Of a stretch of 64,000 nt of DNA, positions 49,703-58,988 are shown one piece after another. The position numbers were made by a program, and so were the translations under genes. Numbering within the stretch: the stretch's first letter is position 1; every line of letters starts with the position of its first letter. Source of the stretch: Methanotrichaceae archaeon (lineage in GTDB: Archaea > Halobacteriota > Methanosarcinia > Methanotrichales > Methanotrichaceae); contig CAWDLW010000020.1 of assembly GCA_963803145.1 (NCBI GenBank), positions 96,001 through 160,000 of the forward strand, in the 5' to 3' direction. Below the pieces are notes generated by a model. That model searched no databases. It was not told the DNA's origin and was given only the letters and a program-made list of their open reading frames with translations.

Positions 49703-51784
49703 TTAAGTAAATGTTTTGCCTGTTGTATTCCCGTTGTCTACGATTACATCACGCAGATTATCCACTTTGCAGCTGAGCTTTACCCACTCCGCAGGAGGAT
49801 CTGATATGATCACGGCGATCATATTCCGCTTGAAATATTTGTCCATCAGCTTTTCCAGATCGAACATGCCCGAGAGATAATCCTCTTGATAGCTTGCATC
49901 GCCGCTTAATATAGCAATCACTGGTTCGCCTTTGAGCTCGGGGAACTGAGTTGTATAGTGCGCTAGTGGGTAGGATAAGTTGAAGGATATCAGGAAGAGT
50001 ATAGATAATATCACCAATGCTCCAAATGGGTTTCTGCGGTTGATGACTACTACGACTAATCCGATAGCTACCAGCAGTATGAGTACAAGTGTTTTATCGA
50101 TCTTATCTACACTTGATAAGTACTCTATCATGCCGATAGACATCTGAGCATGGTCTCCGAAGCCTACAACGCCATTGTTGAATTGTGTGCTGTCTGTGAA
50201 CATGATAACATTGCCAGCTCCATACTTGGTTCCGACTATTACAAGATGCTTATCAAAGAGCGAGTTCATCTTTACTTCATCTGGAAACTCTCGGCTTAAG
50301 AAGAACGGAGCCGTCTCATTACGGAAATGGCCAAAGAAGCTGGGCCTGGTTGTAATCTCAAATAGGGAGCTTCCATTCAGCCTTTCGATGCTGTTGCTAG
50401 TCTCCCACCCAAGGTCACCAGTCATGTATCGGGTAATTATCGGTGGAAATTCTCCATCTTGCGTTATAGACCCACTAGTATCTGTGTATGTATCCTGAAC
50501 ACCCGTTGCCATGAACTTATATCCTATTCTCTCGGCAATCGGATTGAGATTAGTGCACATTCCATAGATATCTGTATGTTCGCTAACTAGGAAGAGGCTG
50601 TTGCCTCTGGCTGTAAAGTTAAGTATAGCATCAACCTCTGACTTCGTGTAAGGTCTGGTCACGCATTTTAGCACAAGTATAGCTTTTTGTCCCCGAGATA
50701 TATTTTCCAAAGCATCGAGTGTGATATCAGGAACCAGAGATGCACTAACAGAACTTACAGCAGGCGCCTTGCTAGGCTTATCTATTATTAGGGTAACATT
50801 ATATAAGCTTGCAAGTATATCAAGCCACCCAAAGTAATTGTTGGTGCCGCTCACAGGATCCTTTTCGTACGTTTTAATGTAATCAGGCCAGGTAGGCTCC
50901 CATTCGCTGTGGGCTTCATCTATTATTATTTTTGGGTCCGATCTGACTGTCATCGGAGTGTAGTACAATAGCCCCAAGAGTAAGAATATTATCAATAGCG
51001 GTGCAGTTATCTTCTTTGATGTAAAAGTGCCCGCCTGTATTTTTTTGATCTTGGCGCCGGGAATCACCAGGCTCACGAGCAGAATGGATGCCAGGGGAAT
51101 AGCCAAAGCCGGCAGATTATCAAGGACGAAATTAGCTGGCGATGGATTATACAGAAAATTCTGCAGGTTAAGGATTGTGAAGATAAAAGGAACAGCAGCC
51201 ACTGCAAATGCAGACTTCACGGTGATCTTTCGATCCTCATCCAGGATTGCCAATAGCACCAACTCTGCGACCAGCAAGGCAACAAAGAACGGCAGAAGAA
51301 GCTTCACATCATCGAGTAGTATAGGCAGTTTGGTCCTGGTATGATAAAGCAGAAGGTAACCTACATCGTTTATCTCATACCTTATTCCAAATAGAGGTGA
51401 TATATCCCTAAGAACTGCGTACAGTCCATTAAGCAGGAGTTTAGTATCCGCAAACTGGAGTACTAAAACGCCTGCAAGGGAGGGAAGGAAAGTCTCAACC
51501 TTGGCATTGATCGCTATCAGACAGAATATCAAGACGACGATCAGAGGAATATAGGTGTTATTGACTAGGCCCTTTACGAAGAAGATGGAGACTGGTATTG
51601 CCAGCGCAAATGCAACCAGGTCACCTTTTCCTGGGGTATGATCTCTGAATGCGACCAGGAGAAGAAGGATGGAGGCCGCTGCCACTATGAATGTGGAGTA
51701 CTCCCAGTAATAAAACGACATTATATAGCTTCCCAAGAGGAGAAGCCCTGTCGCAAATCCGGTTACTTTGGATTCAAAGTCCAT
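49703..51784 (-). CDS. Multi-pass membrane protein with one DUF4350/GIFT (class I GATase-like) domain
   Basis: About 8 N-terminal TMs; IIIDEAHSEWEPT, LVLKCVTRPY..SEVDAILNF...GNSLFLVSEHTD, YGAGNVIMFTDST; 2 further TMs; start overlaps the upstream stop. Confidence 0.7.
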   Translation of the reverse strand: MDFESKVTGFATGLLLLGSYIMSFYYWEYSTFIVAAASILLLLVAFRDHTPGKGDLVAFALAIPVSIFFVKGLVNNTYIPLIVVLIFCLIAINAKVETFLPSLAGVLVLQFADTKLLLNGLYAVLRDISPLFGIRYEINDVGYLLLYHTRTKLPILLDDVKLLLPFFVALLVAELVLLAILDEDRKITVKSAFAVAAVPFIFTILNLQNFLYNPSPANFVLDNLPALAIPLASILLVSLVIPGAKIKKIQAGTFTSKKITAPLLIIFLLLGLLYYTPMTVRSDPKIIIDEAHSEWEPTWPDYIKTYEKDPVSGTNNYFGWLDILASLYNVTLIIDKPSKAPAVSSVSASLVPDITLDALENISRGQKAILVLKCVTRPYTKSEVDAILNFTARGNSLFLVSEHTDIYGMCTNLNPIAERIGYKFMATGVQDTYTDTSGSITQDGEFPPIITRYMTGDLGWETSNSIERLNGSSLFEITTRPSFFGHFRNETAPFFLSREFPDEVKMNSLFDKHLVIVGTKYGAGNVIMFTDSTQFNNGVVGFGDHAQMSIGMIEYLSSVDKIDKTLVLILLVAIGLVVVVINRRNPFGALVILSILFLISFNLSYPLAHYTTQFPELKGEPVIAILSGDASYQEDYLSGMFDLEKLMDKYFKRNMIAVIISDPPAEWVKLSCKVDNLRDVIVDNGNTTGKTFT

Positions 51785-53867
51785 TCTCTTCCCTCCCTCC
51801 AATGGATGTAAGCAGATTTTCAGTGAACTTCTTCAAGTTAGGATCTGGATAGCTAAACACCGGCTCATATTGTACGAAATTCTTGAATATCGTATGGTCA
51901 CCTACCACTACTATCTGTCCTTTCCCGATTTTCTTCACAGCCACGACGGGTGTATTGTTGTAAAGAGCAATTGGCGTTCCACCCATGACCTCAACTGCGG
52001 AATACATAGTGATGTTTCCATTAACGCTATCCATCAGAGGATTCTTTAGCGGTCTGACAGCTATCCTTGTCTCCTTCATGTAAGGCAGATGATAACCCCA
52101 TGTTGTGTAGTTGAAATAGCTGATATCTCCTAGAAGCGTCTCATTCAAAGACATGCCGAAGTTGTTGAGCAATGTGTTCACTGGATGGCCTGATTGGTCT
52201 GCAGAGATATCGGAATGGTATCCATCAAAGACTATCATAGTACCGCCGTTCTCTACGTAATTCAATAGATTTGTCCGCTCCTCTGTGCTGAAGGGATCGG
52301 TTGGGCCCATAGTCACATATGCCTTGTATTTCGATAAATCTTGAGGTACCTCTTTCACAAGAACGGGATTGAATCCATAGTGCTGTGCAAATATGGCGAC
52401 GAAGACATTCTTGTACTGATGTGGATCTCCATAGCCCTCGATGTTTGCATGTCCAACATCAAGCGCAATTACATTTGTCGGCTCCCATGTCACAGGAACG
52501 GCGGCCTGGACCTGAAGCAGAAGAAGAATAAGAGATACTGAAACGATCAAAGGCACTATTGTATATAGGCGTGCTCTGAATATGCCTAAAGCTGCCAGAA
52601 GAGCCAAAGGTACAACGAGCCAGATGTTTCTCAGGACGCTGTTCTCATGGTTGAGATAACTCATGACCTTTCCCAAAAAAACATAGTTGTACATCAAATT
52701 GGGACCGCTCATAGAATCGGAGTTGGCTATTGCCAGTACTCTTCCTTTGCCATAGTTTACAGCTGCGCATATTGGAAGAACTCCAAAGTCCTCATTGCTC
52801 TCAGGCGCAACATCCCCCAAATAGGCATGGTTCTCTGCTGCCCAATCGCCTAGATCGGCCCATGTTGTGTACTTGAGCGCATAAAATATCAGTCCATCGG
52901 ATCTATTAACCCTTAGAGTTGCTCCTGCGGTCTCCTCTGTGCTGTCAAAGCCAGAAAGGCTTGCGAAATGAGGCTCCCAGAGCATGCTATAGTCGAAGTT
53001 AAGGTGAAGCCCAAAGGTTTCCAGTATGGGATTGAGGTCTATATAGCAGTCCATTATGTTTGTATGATCTCCCAGCACAAACAGACCGCCGCCGTTTCTT
53101 ACGAAGTCTGTGATATACTCGATCTCCTGGGGGCTGTACTTCTCCTCAGGGGTTTCCAGTACCAGAATGCTGACGTCTTTTAAAGATTCGGGAGATATTG
53201 TTGTGTTCAGAATAGTAGTCTCATAACCTACTGTATTCAGATATCTGAGAGTGGAATGAGTTATTGTATCGTTCTCAAAGAATGCCGAGTCGAGCTTATG
53301 ATGGTATCCGTCGTATGCGATCTTGCCTGTCTTTATCTGGCCTAATGGATCGATCGGAGATAAGCTGATCAAGAGCAGTATCATCGATACATACAGAGCC
53401 GCTTTTGTTATGGGCTTAACCTGTACCTTGGATGCATCTCCCAGATCGTAGACGCTCGCAACAACAAAGAATGCAAATGTGATCAGAAGGGTTATCCAAG
53501 TATTCAGTGCGAGACCTAAGCCCTCAACCATTGCTATAGGCAGCAAGATAAATGTGGTCTTTAGCAGATGCTCATTCCTGTAGAAGTAATATATTACTGC
53601 TAGCATTAGGAAGATGTAAGGCGTAGGGTTTCTCAATAGAAATGGTATGAAGAACATTATGATGCCGAGTGGCCTAGCCTTCTCGAACCTCTTCCATGAG
53701 AAGAAGATGAGTAGAGATAGCCCTGACACTAGGCTGACAACATACATTGGCGTCATCAGCTTAAAGACGGAATGTATAATCCCTGACTCCCAACATATAA
53801 AGAAAAGAAGAGGTAAGTAGGGAATGTAATCTCTGGCCCTGGCTGGCGCCTTTGATTCGCTGCTCAT
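51774..53867 (-). CDS. Multi-pass membrane protein with two DUF4350/GIFT (class I GATase-like) domains
   Basis: About 6 TMs; IAYDGYHH, P...YS..E...I..FVRNGGGLFVLGDHTN, YGKGRV; TM pair; second domain ALDVGHAN, YVENGGTMIV, GKGQIVVVGD. Confidence 0.75.
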   Translation of the reverse strand: MSSESKAPARARDYIPYLPLLFFICWESGIIHSVFKLMTPMYVVSLVSGLSLLIFFSWKRFEKARPLGIIMFFIPFLLRNPTPYIFLMLAVIYYFYRNEHLLKTTFILLPIAMVEGLGLALNTWITLLITFAFFVVASVYDLGDASKVQVKPITKAALYVSMILLLISLSPIDPLGQIKTGKIAYDGYHHKLDSAFFENDTITHSTLRYLNTVGYETTILNTTISPESLKDVSILVLETPEEKYSPQEIEYITDFVRNGGGLFVLGDHTNIMDCYIDLNPILETFGLHLNFDYSMLWEPHFASLSGFDSTEETAGATLRVNRSDGLIFYALKYTTWADLGDWAAENHAYLGDVAPESNEDFGVLPICAAVNYGKGRVLAIANSDSMSGPNLMYNYVFLGKVMSYLNHENSVLRNIWLVVPLALLAALGIFRARLYTIVPLIVSVSLILLLLQVQAAVPVTWEPTNVIALDVGHANIEGYGDPHQYKNVFVAIFAQHYGFNPVLVKEVPQDLSKYKAYVTMGPTDPFSTEERTNLLNYVENGGTMIVFDGYHSDISADQSGHPVNTLLNNFGMSLNETLLGDISYFNYTTWGYHLPYMKETRIAVRPLKNPLMDSVNGNITMYSAVEVMGGTPIALYNNTPVVAVKKIGKGQIVVVGDHTIFKNFVQYEPVFSYPDPNLKKFTENLLTSIGGREENGL

Positions 53868-53895
53868 TGTTGGATCTCTTCCCCTAAATCGTTGC

Positions 53896-54651
53896 TTATA
53901 TACGCTCTTTAATCTTCGATGCTAAGCTTGGCAGCTTCTTCCTATAGCCCAGAAGCAGCGCAGCAACGACTATTATCAGTGCACTAGCTCCAATCTTGAA
54001 CATATTGTCTGTGAGCGACATTGCAGCATTGTAGTAGTTGTAATTCGCCCTGAATACGATATCAGTCTCGTTTCCTGTCTTGGCGGCACTCCAGAGTAGG
54101 GCGTCTCTGCCGGAGATAACGACTCTCTTAAAGGGATCTGTTGAGTTTCCAATGGTCACTACTGAGGTGCCTATTTTGGCATCCGCTGGAGGAATAACCA
54201 CAACACTTGCGCCCTGAGGCTCGCCCACATTCACACTTGTATAGAGCGTATTTCTCTCGCCAATCCTTGTCAAAAGCCCATTCCAGGTGAAGGATAGATT
54301 GAACTTATATGGCTTTCCAACCTGGTAGCCGGCGAGAAGCATGGATATGGTCCGCTCACCGCCAGCCTCGTTAACATCGGCATCAATCGTTTGACCCAAT
54401 GAGTCCTCTGCCGTGTAATCCTTCGTCTCTCCACCTCGGAAAGAGAAAGTATAAAGGATGCTCGGCTCCTTGGGTATGATAGTGCTTGACCAGGTGCATC
54501 TGACGCTCCCATCGGCATTTATATCATATATATAGCTATGATCTACAGGATCAAAGGCAATCTTCTGGTGAGATGCTGTATTCTGGGCAGATGCGGAGCC
54601 GAAAGCTGCTAGATATATTAACAGTAGAGAGAGAGTAGCAGCTTTGGCCAT
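53896..54651 (-). CDS. Exported beta-rich protein with C-terminal membrane anchor
   Basis: Start MAKAAT with GGAGG RBS; signal peptide; C-terminal hydrophobic helix followed by YRKK basic tail. Confidence 0.75.
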   Translation of the reverse strand: MAKAATLSLLLIYLAAFGSASAQNTASHQKIAFDPVDHSYIYDINADGSVRCTWSSTIIPKEPSILYTFSFRGGETKDYTAEDSLGQTIDADVNEAGGERTISMLLAGYQVGKPYKFNLSFTWNGLLTRIGERNTLYTSVNVGEPQGASVVVIPPADAKIGTSVVTIGNSTDPFKRVVISGRDALLWSAAKTGNETDIVFRANYNYYNAAMSLTDNMFKIGASALIIVVAALLLGYRKKLPSLASKIKERI

Positions 54652-55004
54652 CTGTAAACCTCCATATTGTAACACAATTAACTCTCCGAATAATCTTATT
54701 ATCATAAGATATCGTATTTCGAACATATATTAAGCTAGCGGTTAATATTTAAGTAAAAATTGAGCTACCGATATCTAATATACACTAAGCATTCTAGTGA
54801 AGTTACTGAGTTACTAACCGTATCTATATCTGTTACAAAAGATAGTACAGGTTTATCTATAAATACGTAGGAACAAAACATTCGTATTGAAAATCTTTAC
54901 CATTGGTTCTGTATTCGGTTATGACCTCATTAGAGCTCGAAAAGTGACCTAATACACAAAAATTTGTCTGTTTAAAAAATATTGGGCGCTAGCGACCTAG
55001 CAGC

Positions 55005-56195
55005 CTAAGAAGATGATGCTGACGTCGGGCAGAGCTTTTCTGACGGGCAACTGCTGCCGGTTGGACATCTTGAGCCTGTTGGGCAGTTATGGCTTGTTAC
55101 CGTCTCCGCTGAGCTTATGCATCTACCGCTGCTTGGGCAACTGCTGGTGCTCGGGCAGTTACGGCTTGTCACACAACCACTATCTGTTGGGCAGACAGCA
55201 TTAGTTGTGCAGCCTGTTCCAGTTGGACAATTACAACTGGTCACACAGCCACCACTTGTCGGGCAAACTGAATTGGTCGTGCAGCCTGTTCCAGTCGGAC
55301 AATCGTCGCTGGTTGTACAGCCACTGCCTGTCGGGCAGCCTTCACCACTTATACAGCCTGTTCCAGTCGGACAATCATCAGTAGTTGCACAGCCACTACC
55401 TGTTGTGCAGCCTTCGCCGCTTATACAGCCTGTTCCTGTCGGACAGTCATCACTGGTCATACAGCCACTACCTGTCGGGCAACCTGCACCACTTATACAG
55501 CCGGTTCCTGTCGGACAATCATCAGTGGTTGCACAGCCACTACCTGTCGGGCAGCCTTCACCACTTATACAGCCTGTTCCAGTCGGACAATCATCGCTGG
55601 TCATACATCCGCTACCAGTTGGACAGCCTTCACCACTTATACAACCGGTTCCTGTTGGACAATCGCTGCTGGTTGCACAGCCACTACCTGTCGTGCAGCC
55701 TGAACCAGTTATACAGCTTGTTCCAGTCGGACATGTGGCCCCTGTTGGGCGGAAAGATGTTGTTAAGCATCCAGAGCATGTCGGACAGAATGAATTGGTC
55801 ACGCAGGTCGTTTCGCTCGGGCATACCGTATTGGTCGAGCAGCCTGAACCTGTTGGGCAAGTTGATCCTGTTGTGCAACCTACACCAGTTGGGCAGCCGC
55901 TACCCGTTGGGCAAACAGACCCTGTTGCACAGCTACAGCCAGTTGAGCAGCCTGCGCCTGTCATACATAGGCCTCCAGTTGGGCAACCAGCGCCTGTTGC
56001 GCACCCGCTGCCAGTCGGACAGGCTGCACTGGTTGTACAACCGCTACCTGTCGGGCAACCTGCACCAGTCGGTGTACAGGCACCAGTCGGGCTATCAACA
56101 CAATTGGCCGTTATAGCCGATGTATCCACAGCTAATGCGTTGCCTGAAAAAATAATCAAAGCTATGGCTACCAAAAATACCGCTACGTACCTCAT
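55005..56195 (-). CDS. Secreted Cys-hexapeptide repeat protein B (about 59 units)
   Basis: Signal peptide MRYVAVF..NALA; central 24-aa units CPTGTG-CISG[EA]G-C[PT]TGSG-C[MAT]T[ST]DD. Confidence 0.88.
   Translation of the reverse strand: MRYVAVFLVAIALIIFSGNALAVDTSAITANCVDSPTGACTPTGAGCPTGSGCTTSAACPTGSGCATGAGCPTGGLCMTGAGCSTGCSCATGSVCPTGSGCPTGVGCTTGSTCPTGSGCSTNTVCPSETTCVTNSFCPTCSGCLTTSFRPTGATCPTGTSCITGSGCTTGSGCATSSDCPTGTGCISGEGCPTGSGCMTSDDCPTGTGCISGEGCPTGSGCATTDDCPTGTGCISGAGCPTGSGCMTSDDCPTGTGCISGEGCTTGSGCATTDDCPTGTGCISGEGCPTGSGCTTSDDCPTGTGCTTNSVCPTSGGCVTSCNCPTGTGCTTNAVCPTDSGCVTSRNCPSTSSCPSSGRCISSAETVTSHNCPTGSRCPTGSSCPSEKLCPTSASSS
55290..55720. repeat. Coding tandem repeat, 72-bp unit, about 5-6 copies
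   Basis: Recurring CCACTTATACAGCCTGTTCC(A/T)GTCGGACAATCATC at 72-bp spacing. Confidence 0.85.
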
Positions 56196-56694
56196 GTTCT
56201 CCTCTCGTGCAATTTTGAGAAAAACATGGGCAGCTTTTATAATAAAGATGTAGGAAAATAGTATACTAACAGCGCGTCATAAGCGGATATACAATGCAAA
56301 GATACGTATGTGTTGTGATCAAAAGCCAAAGAGCAGCATAAACCCATATAAAATATGATTGAATGCTTTGTGATTTCTAGGATATAGTTCATAATACGAT
56401 AATAATATGTAATCCCCATGCCAATCTGCAAAAGGCCTTGAGTCCATAATCATATATCCAAGGGTTTAGGATATTATATTGTAACTTATATTGTAACTCC
56501 ATACGGATATATCTCTAATATTGTAGATATGAACCGAAAATTTTTTACCCATGGACATATAAGTATTTAGGTTAGCTCGGAAGCCGAATATCTCAAAAGG
56601 ATGAGACTGCAGTACTATCTGGGAATTTCTACATGCTTATCAGTTGTGCTGATAGCACATAGAAACTATTAGAATAAATTGTGGTGGTGAAATA

Positions 56695-57084
56695 TTGATA
56701 AAGATTGGGATTGAATCCACCTTTGATGGACTTCGCAGAGACATTTTATCGTATCCTGAGAAGTACTTCTTTATATTGGTTATTGATGGCCAAGCAGCCC
56801 TCTGCATTCGAACTTGCGATTCACAAGGGGAGGAGCTGCAAGCATATGTCGTAGATGGCTTGGTTCCAGATTCAGAAGGCTGCCTAAAATCCATTTTCGA
56901 GGATGAGATCAGAGATGCTATTTTGGAGCAGATAGGCCCAGGACTACAGCTTTATGGGGAAAAAGAGTACAATGTAACAGAAACTCTTGCAAAGAAGATC
57001 TCAGAAACGCCTGATCTAATCGAATGGATCATGCGGTCGATTTTAAGCGCCGATAGACACATCATCATATTTTCTCTCTATTGA
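56695..57084 (+). CDS. Hypothetical protein
   Basis: 129-aa ORF with GGTGA RBS. Confidence 0.5.
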   Translation: MIKIGIESTFDGLRRDILSYPEKYFFILVIDGQAALCIRTCDSQGEELQAYVVDGLVPDSEGCLKSIFEDEIRDAILEQIGPGLQLYGEKEYNVTETLAKKISETPDLIEWIMRSILSADRHIIIFSLY

Positions 57085-57297
57085 CTTGATTATCAATCAT
57101 CTAGCGGTGTTCCAACGATATTAGCGATGCTCTAACAATATAGCTGTATATCTGTTTTATCGCGATATGAATGCTCTGAAATAGGCTTAGCAATTTTTCA
57201 GTCAAATTGCTATAAGTATCGGCGATAGTAAAAATAGTAGAATAGACAATAGTTGAATAGGCAACAGCAGAATAGTAACGGATGGGTCGATGATCTT

Positions 57298-57681
57298 ATG
57301 CTCATAAAGGATGTGCAGAAATGTCGTTTTATTACGTCCAGGGATAACACAGTTCTTTGCGAACTTCTTCATCCAGGCCGGGAGGATGTGAAGATCGCAC
57401 ACAGCATAGCCTATGCCATTCTGAAGCCTGGACATGCGTCACTGCTGCATAGGCTCACGAAATCCTCAGAGATTTATTTTATCCTTGAGGGAGTTGGTGT
57501 GATGCATATAGATAACGAATCTGAAGCTGTTCACCGAAATCAGGCTATTTTTATTCCCCCGCTGTCCTGGCAATATGTTCAAAACACAGGGACTGCTGAT
57601 TTGAAATTCCTATGTATAGTTGATCCAAGCTGGAGCGAAGACGATGAAGAGATATATGACCCTAATGGTGTTAATGCATGA
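57298..57681 (+). CDS. Cupin domain protein
   Basis: LCELLHP, SIAYA..KPG..SLLH, EIYFILEG.G, NTGTADLKFLCIVDP. Confidence 0.88.
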   Translation: MLIKDVQKCRFITSRDNTVLCELLHPGREDVKIAHSIAYAILKPGHASLLHRLTKSSEIYFILEGVGVMHIDNESEAVHRNQAIFIPPLSWQYVQNTGTADLKFLCIVDPSWSEDDEEIYDPNGVNA

Positions 57682-58811
57682 GTTCTAATCCTACATACAT
57701 GAAGTCTGAAGGCCTCCTTGAAGGCCTAAAGGACAGCGATGATCGCCTGAAAACTGAGGCTCTAAAGATACCTGAGGAGAGAAAGAGATTAGGGCTTGAA
57801 GGTCTTGTGGGCGGTCTGCAGGCAGTGGTTATAAACACTGAGCCTGAAATGCAAAGATCTGCCGTCGAAGAGCTTTTGAGGTACACCGGCCTCCACTTTC
57901 AGGAAGCCTTTCAGAATGAGGGCTTAAGAACCTGTGTTCTCGAAGTTCCAGGAGCGTCCGATTTCCGGTCTGCAGATTTCCTCATCACATCCCGGATGCA
58001 GGGGAATCCTTTTGAAAAGGTAAACATAGCCCCAAAATCAAAGCACCTTCCGAACACAAGGCTTGAGACATTCATCTTCGAAACAAACAATATCGACAGG
58101 TATGTTTCAATCCAGAAATCTCTGGGTGTTAAGTTCCTCACCGATGATATCGTGGATAAGGAGAACTATTCGTTCATCCAGACTGAACCTTCGCAGTTTA
58201 CCGGCAACTCGATAGGCCTCATTCAATGGAAAGGCAACAGGGGTGATTACAAGACGGCGGATTCAAAAGCCATCGACTGGAGACCAGAGAAGCCGGATTT
58301 CGATTATCTCAAGAACATAAGATGGATCGATCATGCAGCAACCAGGGTTAAGGCTCAGGAGAGAGATGCCAGCATAATCGAGTTTATGAAGCTGACCAAC
58401 TACAAGTTCGATTTTGCTATTTATGTAAAGGGCCTTAACTCCATAACAAGCGTTGCCAGGCTCTCGCATTCAGATTATGCCGCGGTCTTCACATCAGGCA
58501 TCACACCCTACATCAGCGACGAGATATCCGGCCCGACAGAGAAGTTCATTCAAAACTACGGCACAAGGGTGCACCACATCGCCTTCCAGACTGATAAGAT
58601 AGAGGAGACATTCCAAGCGATAAAGGATGACGGCATGAAGTTCCTGATAGAGCTTGTCGGTTCGCCCGAAGAAGGGCTTAAGCAAACCTTCTCAGAGCCC
58701 TCGAAGAATACGCTGCTGGTAAATGAGTACATACATAGATACGGAGATTTCGACGGGTTCTTCACCAAATCCAATGTGACTTTGCTGACTGAAGCTACAG
58801 GCAAGCAGTGA
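57678..58811 (+). CDS. VOC superfamily protein (4-hydroxyphenylpyruvate dioxygenase-like fold)
   Basis: IDHAATRV, F..NYG.RVHHIAF, GLKQTFS, EYIHRY..FDGFF...NV..L. Confidence 0.75.
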   Translation: MSSNPTYMKSEGLLEGLKDSDDRLKTEALKIPEERKRLGLEGLVGGLQAVVINTEPEMQRSAVEELLRYTGLHFQEAFQNEGLRTCVLEVPGASDFRSADFLITSRMQGNPFEKVNIAPKSKHLPNTRLETFIFETNNIDRYVSIQKSLGVKFLTDDIVDKENYSFIQTEPSQFTGNSIGLIQWKGNRGDYKTADSKAIDWRPEKPDFDYLKNIRWIDHAATRVKAQERDASIIEFMKLTNYKFDFAIYVKGLNSITSVARLSHSDYAAVFTSGITPYISDEISGPTEKFIQNYGTRVHHIAFQTDKIEETFQAIKDDGMKFLIELVGSPEEGLKQTFSEPSKNTLLVNEYIHRYGDFDGFFTKSNVTLLTEATGKQ

Positions 58812-58988
58812 GAGTAAAAAAGAGTAGAAAATGCTAGATTAAAGTGCATTCCAAAGCGGGCTCAGCGGTCTCGCTTAAGATTCCTTTTGTTTGGAAACTT
58901 AATTTTGGAGCCCGAAGAGTTACAGAACCCACAAGCGAAATATTATAATATTGGTAGCAGCCCTATTGCCGTCTTAGGAAGGCTGATT

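Noticed and set aside
51000-51784. Archaeosortase/exosortase in the N-terminal TM bundle
   Set aside because: The topology is loosely reminiscent, but no catalytic Cys-Ser-Gly-type motif or Arg partners are visible.
48370-55720. 54-bp and 72-bp arrays as CRISPR arrays
   Set aside because: Units are multiples of 3, contiguous, vary mainly at synonymous positions, have no unique spacers, and no cas genes are present.
48838-56253. Long plus-strand V/G/Q/P-rich ORFs (47998-48402, 48838-49359, 55117-56253, 55385-56116)
   Set aside because: Antisense shadows of the Cys-repeat genes, which have the signal peptides and RBSs.
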